Shown piece by piece: positions 50,648 through 60,694 of a stretch of 64,000 bases of DNA (position 1 is the first letter of the stretch; every line of letters starts with the position of its first letter). The stretch is from Lingula anatina (lineage: Eukaryota > Animalia > Brachiopoda), in assembly GCA_051362555.1 (NCBI GenBank), contig CM120643.1, positions 21,084,848-21,148,847 of the forward strand. Reading direction: 5' to 3'. A program made the translations under genes and the position numbers. The notes under the pieces are model-generated. The model was given only the letters and a program-made list of their open reading frames with translations. It did not search any database and was not told where the DNA came from.

Positions 50648-52369
50648 TATACGTACACATACGTAAACATGTGCCAGTAGATACACACAACTGAATTAGC
50701 ACACACACACACACACACGCACGCACGCACGCACGCACGCACGCATACCATTCGGCACGAAATCAAATCACTGCGTACCAAAATCGAAAGCACATTTCAT
50801 TCCGTTTTTCAGGAATGATACTAATCCTACCAAACAGAGGCCGGACGACCCCAGCTGGTCTACCATTTGGAACAGGCCGTGGTACCTTAGGAGGCTTCCA
50901 AACCAATGCAGGTTTCGGTACAACTGCGAGCGCCGGAAACACTCCGCGTTTTGGACAGAACAACAGGGGGCTCACCATATTTAGGAACCAAAATTTCGGT
51001 GAGTTTGGTTTGTTTTCGGTTAAGATTCATATTTTCCCCCGAACCGGTTCTGACTGCCGTGGTTAACGCACTGGCCTGGCAGATCCGGGGGTGGGGGAGG
51101 GGGTTACAAGCCTAACTGACTTTACCGCACATCGTTCGCATACTTTTTTTCAATTTTGAAGGGTTGAGGAGGAGGATCATTGATTGCTTTGAAGACAACA
51201 TCGATATTTTTACTTTGTCAGTTGTTCATTCCCCATCTCTTGGTCAGACAGATTATAAACACTTTTTTTCTATTATTTTCGCTTTTTATACACTTACTGT
51301 GTACATCGTAAATGTGTAATTGTATAGAGTAGCTGGAGTTAGAGTGTGCAACAGCTGAACATGGATACAATAACATTGCTTTCGTTCTTTTGTCAGCTGC
51401 AACCCGTTCATCCGTCTTAAATACAGGGATCTTCGGACAGAACTTTGGACAAAACTTTAGACTAAACCTTGGACAGAACTTTAGACTTAACGTTGGAGGG
51501 ACCACAACGAGAGGACCAAATATTTTCAGTAAGTATTAAAAAAAGTATGAAAGGTGATAGGCCGAATTTTCGGAGCGATTCGTCGAATGATATATCATGT
51601 TCAATCTCTTTTAGATATCTTTACACTAGAGAACAACATCATGCTTATACCAGTATATGTATCCAGTAAAATCCGTCCTCTATAGTACTATACCTTTAGT
51701 AGGTCTAGTTCTAACAACCTAATATAAGTTTTTCATTATTATACGTACGGCATGAAAAGCTGTACTGAGTTAGCTTTTGTCAAATCTAATAACACAATTA
51801 GAAAAACATGTTTCTACTGGATTTATAATTTATTATTCAGATTGTTGAGTTTCTTTAATATGTACATTTTTCTTCTTTGGTATATACTTATTTCTTCTGT
51901 CGCTTGTAAATATTTATTGCATCTGTATTTACAAGATCGACTTAAGTGCAACTGATTTAATTTCACTCGCGGTGTTATTTTCTTGTTTGTTTGTTTCGAT
52001 GTAAAGGTAGTATACATTTCATAGTGTCAAACGGACTGTTACCGATTTTACTCACTCACATGTATTTCCGTTTCTCCAGGATTCCCCCTATTTAACAGAC
52101 TACAATCTGAGTCTAAGAGTATCGATAGAATTGACCAAAATCAAAAGTCACTGAAAACAGATGTGAACAACGTTGTCGCAGTAACAATCACGCTGGCGGT
52201 AGCGGTCGTGGTGGTGCTGCTGGTGGTGATTGCTGTCGTGTGGAGAAGAGCAGCAAGGGCCAGGGAGACATTACGGGAGACATTACGACAGGAAATTTCC
52301 CAGCTACAAGAACAAATAAACAATGAATCTGCTACACATAACAGCGACGGCGACAGTTCACTAGTGTAA
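2883..52369 (+). CDS. Multi-exon gene for a giant collagen-like (Gly-Thr-Gly-Gly-Pro-Pro)n protein with a C-terminal transmembrane anchor, about 8,500 aa; 23 exons in the model, 5' end unresolved
   Basis: All 23 exons have AG acceptors, all but the terminal exon have GT donors, and they join in phase 1 into one open frame ending at TAA 52367-52369. The repeat exons after the first are exact multiples of 18 nt. Unit-to-unit variation is mostly synonymous in the GTGGPP frame. Confidence 0.85.
9247..10308 (+). CDS. Repeat exon 2 (59 units)
   Basis: ttattag|GCACA ... CCAG|gtaatt; 1062 nt = 59x18. Confidence 0.8.
10999..11826 (+). CDS. Repeat exon 3 (46 units)
   Basis: Same splice signals; 828 nt = 46x18. 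Confidence 0.8.
12517..13470 (+). CDS. Repeat exon 4 (53 units)
   Basis: Same splice signals; 954 nt = 53x18. Confidence 0.8.
14160..14807 (+). CDS. Repeat exon 5 (36 units)
   Basis: Same splice signals; 648 nt = 36x18. Confidence 0.8.
15498..15677 (+). CDS. Repeat exon 6 (10 units)
   Basis: Same splice signals; 180 nt = 10x18. Confidence 0.8.
15678..16369 (+). pseudogene. Least-decayed intronic L2 copy (161-codon ORF2 C-terminal fragment still open, 15693..16178)
   Basis: Keeps the 2 nt (gactCTg) that most other copies have lost; no RT catalytic core. Confidence 0.8.
16370..17197 (+). CDS. Repeat exon 7 (46 units; near-identical to exons 3 and 9)
   Basis: Same splice signals; 828 nt. Confidence 0.8.
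17422..22938. mobile_element. 5.5-kb TIR DNA transposon (CCC termini, 2-bp CA TSD; CMC/EnSpm-like, no transposase seen)
   Basis: TIRs of ~35 bp (CCCAGATAGCAA...); CCGACGTCGG subterminal repeats. Intron length 6209 = 690 + 5517 + 2 against the empty sister introns. Confidence 0.92.
19626..21929. mobile_element. Nested 2.3-kb CCC-terminal TIR element (AT duplication) with subterminal minisatellites
   Basis: at|CCCAGCAGGCAAATCAAC ... GTTGAGTGCCCGCTGGG|at; ~110-bp repeats at 19640-20260 and ~60-bp repeats at 21590-21910, rich in TCAAC/GTTGA. Confidence 0.85.
23407..24468 (+). CDS. Repeat exon 8 (59 units; very similar to exon 2)
   Basis: Same splice signals; 1062 nt. Confidence 0.8.
25159..25986 (+). 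CDS. Repeat exon 9 (46 units)
   Basis: Same splice signals; 828 nt. Confidence 0.8.
26677..28926 (+). CDS. Repeat exon 10 (125 units)
   Basis: Same splice signals; 2250 nt = 125x18. Confidence 0.8.
29617..30786 (+). CDS. Repeat exon 11 (65 units)
   Basis: Same splice signals; 1170 nt = 65x18. Confidence 0.8.
31477..32808 (+). CDS. Repeat exon 12 (74 units)
   Basis: Same splice signals; 1332 nt = 74x18. Confidence 0.8.
33498..35513 (+). CDS. Repeat exon 13 (112 units)
   Basis: Same splice signals; 2016 nt = 112x18. Confidence 0.8.
36204..38471 (+). CDS. Repeat exon 14 (126 units)
   Basis: Acceptor ttattag; variant donor CCAG|gtagtt; 2268 nt = 126x18. Confidence 0.78.
38518..39147 (-). mobile_element. 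630-bp poly(A)-tailed retroposed fragment (3' UTR-like) with 8-bp TSD AGTCATAA
   Basis: Poly(T) at 38518-38538 on + strand (AATAAA running into poly(A) on -). TSD at 38510-38517 and 39148-39155. Intron length 1330 = 692 + 630 + 8. Confidence 0.88.
39802..40809 (+). CDS. Repeat exon 15 (56 units; one Gly->Ala at 40089-40091)
   Basis: Same splice signals; 1008 nt = 56x18. Confidence 0.8.
41478..41963 (+). CDS. Repeat exon 16 (27 units)
   Basis: Same splice signals; 486 nt = 27x18. Confidence 0.8.
42631..44142 (+). CDS. Repeat exon 17 (84 units)
   Basis: Same splice signals; 1512 nt = 84x18; ORF 42558..44165. Confidence 0.8.
44833..45408 (+). CDS. Repeat exon 18; the repeat grades into unique collagen sequence (GKG, GRR, GQKGMKG)
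   Basis: ORF 44796..45413; 576 nt = 32x18; non-LINE donor AAAG|gttaaa. Confidence 0.85.
45456..45853 (-). mobile_element. Helentron/DINE-1-like non-autonomous element
   Basis: Subterminal inverted repeat acctccgccaagg / ccttggcggaggt, terminal hairpin acctccttggcggaggt, (ACAA)n microsatellite; partial second copy at about 59075-59246. Confidence 0.6.
46080..46127 (+). CDS. Small collagen exon [17 protein letters not shown]
   Basis: ttttaag|GA ... AAAG|gtaaga; 48 nt, phase 1-1. Confidence 0.85.
47344..47398. repeat. (CAT)n(AAT)n microsatellite
   Basis: Directly visible. Confidence 0.95.
50333..50572 (+). CDS. Basic Lys/Arg/Met-rich collagen exon ([12 protein letters not shown]...GSKGSPG)
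   Basis: ttcaattcag|GT ... CCAG|gtagga; 240 nt; ORF 50335..50589. Confidence 0.9.
50602..50746. repeat. (CT)n and (CA)n/(CACG)n microsatellites in an intron
   Basis: Directly visible. Confidence 0.95.
50813..50998 (+). CDS. Non-collagenous G/T/F/N-rich exon ([20 protein letters not shown]...RNQNF)
   Basis: tttttcag|GA ... TTCG|gtgagt; 186 nt, phase 1-1; ORF 50815..51066. Confidence 0.85.
51397..51528 (+). CDS. Exon [44 protein letters not shown]
   Basis: ttcttttgtcag|CT ... TTCA|gtaagt; 132 nt, phase 1-1, no stops. Confidence 0.85.
52080..52369 (+). CDS. Terminal coding exon: heptad-like stalk, TM helix ([24 protein letters not shown]), RR stop-transfer, short tail ending -DSSLV*
   Basis: tttctccag|GA; phase-1 join places ORF 52163..52369 in frame. 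Confidence 0.85.
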
Positions 52370-54761
52370 GAGGTCATATTACTCAATCATACACTGTATG
52401 AGGGATTTGTGTCACTACCAGTTTTGACATACGAAAGCAAAAAAAAAAAAAAAAAATCAGTTTTGAAGAACAAAGCTCCATGTGTTATAGGAAAACGTGT
52501 CTCAGATATACGGGCATATGCAAACTAACCTCTGCTGTAAAGACGAGCAATCAAATATCGTAGGTGGATGCATAATTATCGAATAAAAGCTCAGGCAGCC
52601 AAATATATAACTGTATGCATTGCAGTCTCCGTTAAAGAAAATAAATTTGTGCATTACTAAAACCACAGTCTCTCTGCAGTAGTTTATTACATGCACTTTA
52701 TTAAATAACCTCGAATTGGACATTTCAATATAAGAAGAGTGCATATAATTGATTTGATACGTCCAATTATTCTAGAATATATTCATCGGAAAATGGAACA
52801 AAAGAAAAAAAGCAAGTAGGCCTAAGCAACGAAATGAAACTCCGAATAACAGAGTGCGGTTTTATTTGCAACTGTATTAACTGCACACAATACCAGTACA
52901 ACTGTATCTGTGTCCTTATCTTGTGGGTTATAAAACTTTTCCCACCCCACTTCCTTCATATAAACAAAGTTTAATTAATAAAAAAGGACATGCTATATAG
53001 GCCTACGTAGGCCAATACAATCATTCGAATACATGTAGGCCTACATGCAGCCACATGCGTACAGTCACTCGGCATTTACTTTTGGGGGGCCTATAACACA
53101 TCAAAATAGATAAAATATACAATAAAAGAAAAAATAAATAAAATTATATACACGATGAGAGAAAAAATAAAACTGCACGACAAAACAGGAAAAATGACAA
53201 CAATTGTGTTAGTTGTGCCAGGCTATTCGAAAATAAACGCATTCTCCATTTTGCCACCGTGTCGTAAAAGAGCCTCTGTGAGGAAGGAGACCTAATGCTT
53301 ACCATGACAGAAATATCGTATTGCAAGTACCTGAACAACCACACAGACGTTCCTGATATAACATACATTACGCCATAAACAAAATAAATATAAATACACT
53401 TACGACCAGTTTCAGTTGTGTAGGCCTACTTCCGTCCTCGTCCGTAAGTACCCGCCTCTGATATTCCTCGTCCGTAAGTTCCCGCCTCTGATATTATAAA
53501 TGAGTGTGCATGACAACGGGTATCAGTAGCTAACAGTTCAGTGCATTGCTTTCTATCTTCTATCTTGGTTTCTATTAAATATGAGTGAACATAAATATAG
53601 GTATATACAGATACCTATGTCAAGATTGGCTTAGTTAATTATTTTGCCAATAGATGGCGGTACCAGTATTGGCCCCATGCATGGTCACAGAGCAGCCCGT
53701 GAGTTAAAGTATCGAGATCAGTATAAGTAACGAACAATTCATTGAGGTACCCCCTATTGTGAATTGGTTAATACCAAAAAATTATTAAAACGTATTTGTG
53801 AGGTATTGCTGCAGTATACGGTGGTCGGTGTTTTACAGTGTCAAGATTAGCTTAGTTTGTGACTTTGCCAATAGATGGCGAAACGAGTTACTTTGTAAGT
53901 GATACTGGAAGGTATTTAGTTGTTATGGACTACAATAATCTTGTTTTTTGTATATCCGCTCTCGTCTCTTGTATTTTATGGGGTAAAATTGCATCTTAGA
54001 TAATTTTTCAACTCAGAAGCATACTTGCACTATAAAGTACTGCACTCCTTTTTAACGTTTTTGGTGACCTCTTTGATATGTAAGGTATATAAGTGCTCCC
54101 GCTTGAAAGATATGGGTGGACATAACTGAAAAATAACTGCAAAAGGTCGTGATTGGCTTTTCAGAAGTGCGATGGTGCGGAAAGGCGGGTGAGGGTGATT
54201 AATCAAATAAATAAAATAAAATAAAATAAAATAAAATAAAATAAAAAACCCGACACACTGTTGAGTTGCTAGTTGACCATCTTTTCCCAGTTATTTATTC
54301 GGGCCAGGACCATAAATAGAAAGAATGGTGAACGCATGAAACCTCGTACTATAAGTATACATAGATACAAACAAACAAACAAACATACATACATACATAC
54401 ATACATGCATACATGTGGTTCGCAGTAAGTGATTTTAATTTAAAAATGTTACACTGGTCATAAGTAAAGCAATACCTTGGGATATTCAAAACCTTCTAGT
54501 ACAGTATCGCGGTCGTTATTTGTTATTCCAATGGGGTTGTCTTTTTCTTTCATATTCCATGAATATTTTGTGGGATAGGACATTTCTATTAAAATACACC
54601 AATACAACACACTGTACTGTAAATAATGCGAATACCTTCGTTAACAAAATGGTTCTAAAAATAAACATACCTCTTGGCTAGGGTCCAGTGGATCATATAG
54701 CTCTTAATTTAATACTGAGAATGATTTTATTTTAGAACATTCTGTTTTAGAGAAGGGGTGC

Positions 54762-55104
54762 CTAAAAAGTTATGGAGATCGTGCTTTTATAATCTACGCC
54801 CCAAGAGTGTGGAATGGTCTACCAAATTTTATTAGGAAAACGGAAGACTTTGACAATTTTAAATCTCTTTTAAAGACCCACTTTTTTAATTCAGTCTATA
54901 TCTCTTAGATTTTATTTTAATATATATGTTTTTTTTTTTTTTTTTAATAAGATTGATTTTTAGTAGTGTAAATTTTAAATGGTTTCCAATGAGAGTTTAT
55001 GATTAAAATATTGTAGTCATTTTAATGATTTTAGTATATTAGCCATTATTGTAAGGCGCCTTGAGATAGAATGTAAGGCGCCATATAAGAATCTTATTAT
55101 TATT
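54762..55104 (+). mobile_element. 3' end of a different L2-clade LINE
   Basis: Translates LKSYGDRAFIIYAPRVWNGLPNFIRKTEDFDNFKSLLKTHFF; ends gtaaggcgccttgag...aaggcgccatataagaatc(tta)n. Confidence 0.8.
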
Positions 55105-58100
55105 AATTAAGACAGCTTATTGTAAAAAATAAAGTAAAATAATCACCGTATTGATAACAATCTAATTTAATATAAAATCAGAAACAGCGGGAAATTAATA
55201 GCGAGCGTGTCTTCCCCAGCTAGGGACCCATCTTCACACTGTATCGGCGTGCAGTGAAGTTTAATAAATATTTCCATGTTGCATTGTCGACATGAAGTAA
55301 ATCTAATGACCAAGTTTGACAAGTCGGTTGTTATGTCCTGCATTTGCTCGTATCGTCCGACTAGATCGAGACCTCACATGGTTCGTTTGACATCATTCTA
55401 TTGCCATCCTTAGTACTGTGCTGTAATTATATATATATAGTCCTGTAAATCTATTCTGTTATTCTGCACTGCTTGGCAGTCTGCTTCATAGACAATCCAG
55501 CTTGATGACCTCCTGTTATTTACCACCTGACACCATGTGCAAGTTGTCCTCTGGTCAATTTTGGAAAAGACTGTCAAATAAAAGCCCATAATGCCTTTTA
55601 ATGTGTGTTTCATATGACACACCCAAACAGTTTTTCGCAAGTGTTACATTGTATCCCGGCCCTGTGATTATTCAGTCACACTGTAAATAGTAATTGCATG
55701 TCGTAGTTTACCGTTACGAGTTGACACCAAAGAAGTGTACAGCTACGGCTACTGTGAGATTTCGCTCTCGTCAAAAACTTGAGTTTCGAGAAAATTGAAA
55801 AGTACCAAATCCAATTTCCCCTAGAAAAAATGCAGATGTCTTCAACCCAGGAATTATTGCTCGACAATTTGATGTTTTTTAACTTTTTAAATTTAATGAA
55901 TCATTTTATCCTCTCTTATGCACTGTTGCCCTCTCTGAATTTTGGCTGAAAAAGAGACGCTGCCAAGGTAGGATTCCGGTGGGAAATTAGATACATGTAC
56001 GCTCTATTGAGCTCCCAGTGGACAAGATTCAATTGAAAAACATTTCGGAAACATTTTTATAGCTTTTATGAAAACATCCACTCGTTCACTGGCCTACATC
56101 TGCCCCTTTCAGCAGCCAGCTGGGAAACACAGAACCAACCCCGATATTCTGATTCAGTACTTTCTTCTCTTTTCGACGATACGAGAAAAATGTGAATGCA
56201 TGTATTCATTTGCTGTGGATAAGGGCATCAGATAACTAAAGCTTTATCAAACAGTGACACTAACAGAAGCGAAATATTGCTAACGATAACTAGTTGCTGT
56301 TGTTGTTTTATGTAGCGTTTAAGAAATGTTTAAAACATTTTCTTTTCGATTACTTCTTTATTGATGTATGTTATGGTGAAACGATTAAATGCTTTTTCTC
56401 TTTACCTTTGGGAATAATACATGAACTTCAAGGTGCACATTTATTGAGTAGACATTGTCGGAGACAAAATAATTCACTAGCGTCCTAAGCAACTTCGTGT
56501 AATGCATTTGTTTGTAGTTCGTTTGCAACGTGGGGAATTCTTAAATGTTAACCATGTTTTCAGCTCTTGAACCACAAGTTAAAACTGCCACGCGAATATA
56601 ATTGCTACTAAAAAACGTGAGTGGAAAGTAACGTACACAGAGCCTACGAGACCATGTAGTTTCCCTTAAGCTTTTCTATCTCAGCCAATGTGAAAGAGTT
56701 CAATTATAGACATACATGGAGGCTCCAAATACGATTCACCAGCTCGTCGTAAATTCAAATATTGGGCTTGTGGGTCAAGCCTGGGGTCCTGCATGAACTG
56801 CAGAGAAATTAATAATTAACCGCTGTGAACCAGTTAAACGTTGAAATTAATGTACACATGCGTCGTATGCACGTTAGGTGCGGCCACAACGTGTGACCGT
56901 TTTATGAGTCTTTTATTTATAGCCATTTTGTAGGTATATTTTGTCATAAAACACTCGCGATTTTTATTTGTTTTGCATAGACCTTTTTACACGAGTATGT
57001 TGACTACTCGTTTAAAACTGTACATGAAAGGAATATCAACAACAATAATAACACTAATAATAAAAACACTGATTTTGACTCTAAAATCCAAATTTCTTCA
57101 GTGGACTTTACAATGCAACTTGAGTAAATAATAAATTAGGCTAGTAAAAGAAAAGGAAAAATTTGAATTTAAACTTGAACAATTGATTAAAACAAATAAT
57201 GCAGCGTTTTAAAAATTTACTTCATTTCTGTCACTGCTGATCACCTTATTTAACGGATACATCCAGACTCCAAGAAAATATTTCTTTCTGCGTTCCTACA
57301 CATGACTGTTTAACGCCTTTCGAAATTGGCAAAACACTGCAACATGTCTCGCGTGCGTGTATAACTCATATAATAATACAAAATGCATAAATGACTTTAA
57401 GTGCTCGTTGAAAAAATATCAATTTGCTTAATGAGCCGTTTCATTTGAAAAAAAAAAATTATAGTGTCAAAAAGGTCGGGCAAAAGCTCAGTTACATGTT
57501 TTTTTATATATTGAAACTTTATAATATGATTTTTAAATATGTTATACTATTTAAACATTTGTAAGCATTTTGCAGTGGCTTCACAAGATGACTGAAAGGG
57601 TATGAAAAGCTTCTGTACAGACAAAAAATAACCAAAGACCTGCTGGGTCATCAATGAAATGGAGTGAAGGGCCCTAGATTTTATTTACATTTGGCACTTA
57701 GCAAGTAAGCCTTATTAACAGTGACAGCATTCAAATCTTCATTCATTACTGAGACTCGAGCATCTTTGAAAATCACGTGTTCATTTACAGTATGCTCAGA
57801 CACGACATTTAATCTGGAATATTTCAGTTTAAAATGTATGTCTAGGTGAAAATGTATCATCGGTGTGATGAATACTTACGTCCTGGCTGACCGTAAGCTA
57901 ACGGTTTGAAACATTTCCCGCTTGTGTTTTATGATTACATGTATCATATTAAAATGTATCGTTTTAAAAACGTTAAGCTCATATGAGAAATGTATAGTCA
58001 GGTGTGTCCGTACCAATAACCGAAGAAAAATGATTTGAAAAAAAATCAGTCCTGTATATACATGTGCATAGGTAAACGCAGTGGCGGATTTAGAGGGAGG

Positions 58101-58433
58101 GGGTCAGGGGCCTTTTAGTGGGCCCCGAATCCCACGGGGGGGGGGGGGGGGGGGGGGAAGGGAGGCTTTGCATCCGCGGACCCTCTTTCAAATCATTCCA
58201 GTACAATGATAAATATGTTTTATTACTTTAACAAAAGATTTATACATTCATCAAAAGATATACATGACCTTCATTTTATTGCAACATATCCCATGCAGTA
58301 TTTAGGGCGACAGGTAGGAACATTTAAGGGTTGGAAAATGGTGCAATACATGTATGGTTGCATTTGTAATATATATATGATATGTATACAATATTGTTGT
58401 GTTTGCAAAAATGTGTATGATATAAATGGAATT

Positions 58434-60430
58434 CCTAATACACCTGTAGTTAAACCTGCTTGAGGTAGCGTCCATTAGTGTGTTTTATATGCATTAAGCT
58501 ACTGCTGTGAACAATAAACATATTTGAAGATAAGTTATTTCTGTAAAATCATATTTTTAAGGCTGCAGTTAATACGATATATGGAGCACAACGTGCTCAC
58601 AAAGAAATTCAATTGCAGACGCTTGTGGGCTGAAAGACAAGTAAAAACATACATATGGCTAGCCTTGAATAATCACAAAACATTCCGACACTCTCATTTA
58701 AGAATAAAAAAAAAACGGTCAGATAAGATATTCAATCTCTCTGAGGCTGTGGTGTATACATGTTTATACTGTAGTACGAATTTTATTTTTATTAATCTAA
58801 TAGCTATTTATTTAATTTTTTGTGTCAGCAAAGCAGTCACTGTTTGCCGACACTATAAACCTACAGCAAAAGACAATGACATGTTTTTAATTCGCTTCTA
58901 AAAATAATGTGACGAAAATCAACCAGTGTCAACATGTTTACAAGAAGAAACACACTTACATGTAGATGTTTCCGTTTTCCCTAAATAATTCGGCATAGCC
59001 GAACAATTAACGCTTAACATTATTATATTACTCACATTTATTTTATGGCAAAATTTATAATTATTGGTTGAAAATTGATCCGGATCACCACCCAAAACTA
59101 ATCATCTGTTCCATGGCCCACTTCTGACAGTTCCTGAAAATTTCATCAAAATCGGTCCATAACTTTGTGAGTTATGTTGATGACAGACAGACAGACAAAC
59201 AAACAAACACACAGAGGTGAAAACATAACCTCCTTGGCGGAGGTAAATATACTTTTAACAGTTATAATCAAATTCAAACTACGGCTACTACAGTATCTTC
59301 CCACTGCCCTAAGGTATATTGCTTACACCTGTCAGTTGTCAACAGATCGTTGTAGTTGGGGAGAAAAACGTGAAAAGAAGACTTCAGCAGATCTGCTATT
59401 GCTATATAGATTTCGCTATACCTCATCTCTTATGAATAATGAAAAAAAATGCTGGTACTACATTTATAATGTAATTTGAATCGCTTTCGGTGAATATAAT
59501 GGACCTTTTTTAGCGAGGCAGAGTGGGAACTCACAGTATACAGTTGCTTGCCTGGAGCCTTTCTATTCCATAGTAATCGAAACCATAAAATCGAGCTTTA
59601 AAGCAGATTTATTACCACCTCGTAAATTCAGGGTGTGAAACGTGCGTGTCCTGTTTGTGGTCCTGGGTTGTCTTCGCCACTAGCAGCATGGTTTAAGTCA
59701 ATTTAAATACGCTTTTCAAAATGCATAGCCAGACTCAGAATGAAACTCTCAGCTGTTTTATGCAGCATTGTTCTGATAAGTCATTTGTATAGGTTTATAA
59801 TAAACAGTTAATTTTGCCATAAAATAAATGTGAGTAATATAATAATGTTAATCGTTAATTGTTCGGCTATGCCGAATTATTTAGGGAAAACGGAAACATC
59901 TACATGTAAGTGTGTTTCTTCTTGTAAACATGTTGACACTGGTTGATTTTCGTCACATTATTTTTAGAAGCGAATTAAAAACATGTCATTGTCTTTTGCT
60001 GTAGGTTTATAGTGTCGGCAAACAGTGACTGCTTTGCTGACACAAAAAATTAAATAAATAGCTATTAGATTAATAAAAATAAAATTCGTACTACAGTATA
60101 AACATGTATACACCACAGCCTCAGAGAGATTGAATATCTTATCTGACCGTTTTTTTTTATTCTTAAATGAGAGTGTCGGAATGTTTTGTGATTATTCAAG
60201 GCTAGCCATATGTATGTTTTTACTTGTCTTTCAGCCCACAAGCGTCTGCAATTGAATTTCTTTGTGAGCACGTTGTGCTCCATATATCGTATTAACTGCA
60301 GCCTTAAAAATATGATTTTACAGAAATAACCTATCTTCAAATATGTTTATTGTTCACAGCAGTAGCTTAATGCATATAAAACACACTGATGGACGCTACC
60401 TCAAGCAGGTTTAACTACAGGTGTATTAGG
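58434..60430. mobile_element. 2-kb fold-back element with ~620-bp near-perfect TIRs flanked by AATT
   Basis: 58430-59055 is the reverse complement of 59810-60434; mirror ORFs at 58524+ and 60340-. Confidence 0.85.
59075..59246 (-). mobile_element. Partial copy of the DINE/Helentron-like element inside the fold-back element
   Basis: gatccggatcacca...(acag)n(acaa)n...aaacataacctccttggcggaggtaa is shared with 45456-45853. Confidence 0.65.
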
Positions 60431-60646
60431 AATTAACAGTAAATCGAGTATGTCCTGAGGCTCTAAACACTTTATTGGTCCGCTTTTGGAACATCAGATG
60501 TACCGGTACCTGTTGGCAATGTGTCACTTCTAGTTTTTTTTTTACTTTTATTTGTTCAAATGTATATAGAATGGTCTATACCTCCGCAGTATACAGCGGA
60601 GGTATAGACTATTCTATATACATAACAACGCGTTCAATATTGCTGT

Positions 60647-60649
<3 letters not shown>

Positions 60650-60690
<41 letters not shown>
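60650..60690. repeat. (TG)n microsatellite
   Basis: Directly visible. Confidence 0.95.

Positions 60691-60694
<4 letters not shown>

Noticed and set aside
2883-52369. Assigning a named collagen type, gene symbol or species
   Set aside because: There is no diagnostic NC domain and no database search was possible. The taxon cannot be fixed from this window.
53618-53880. Short direct repeat tgtcaagatt.gcttagtt...tttgccaatagatggcg, two copies
   Set aside because: Only about 40 bp and two copies; no function can be supported.
58524-60340. Two nearly identical ORFs on opposite strands
   Set aside because: They are mirror images created by the inverted arms and show no coding signature.
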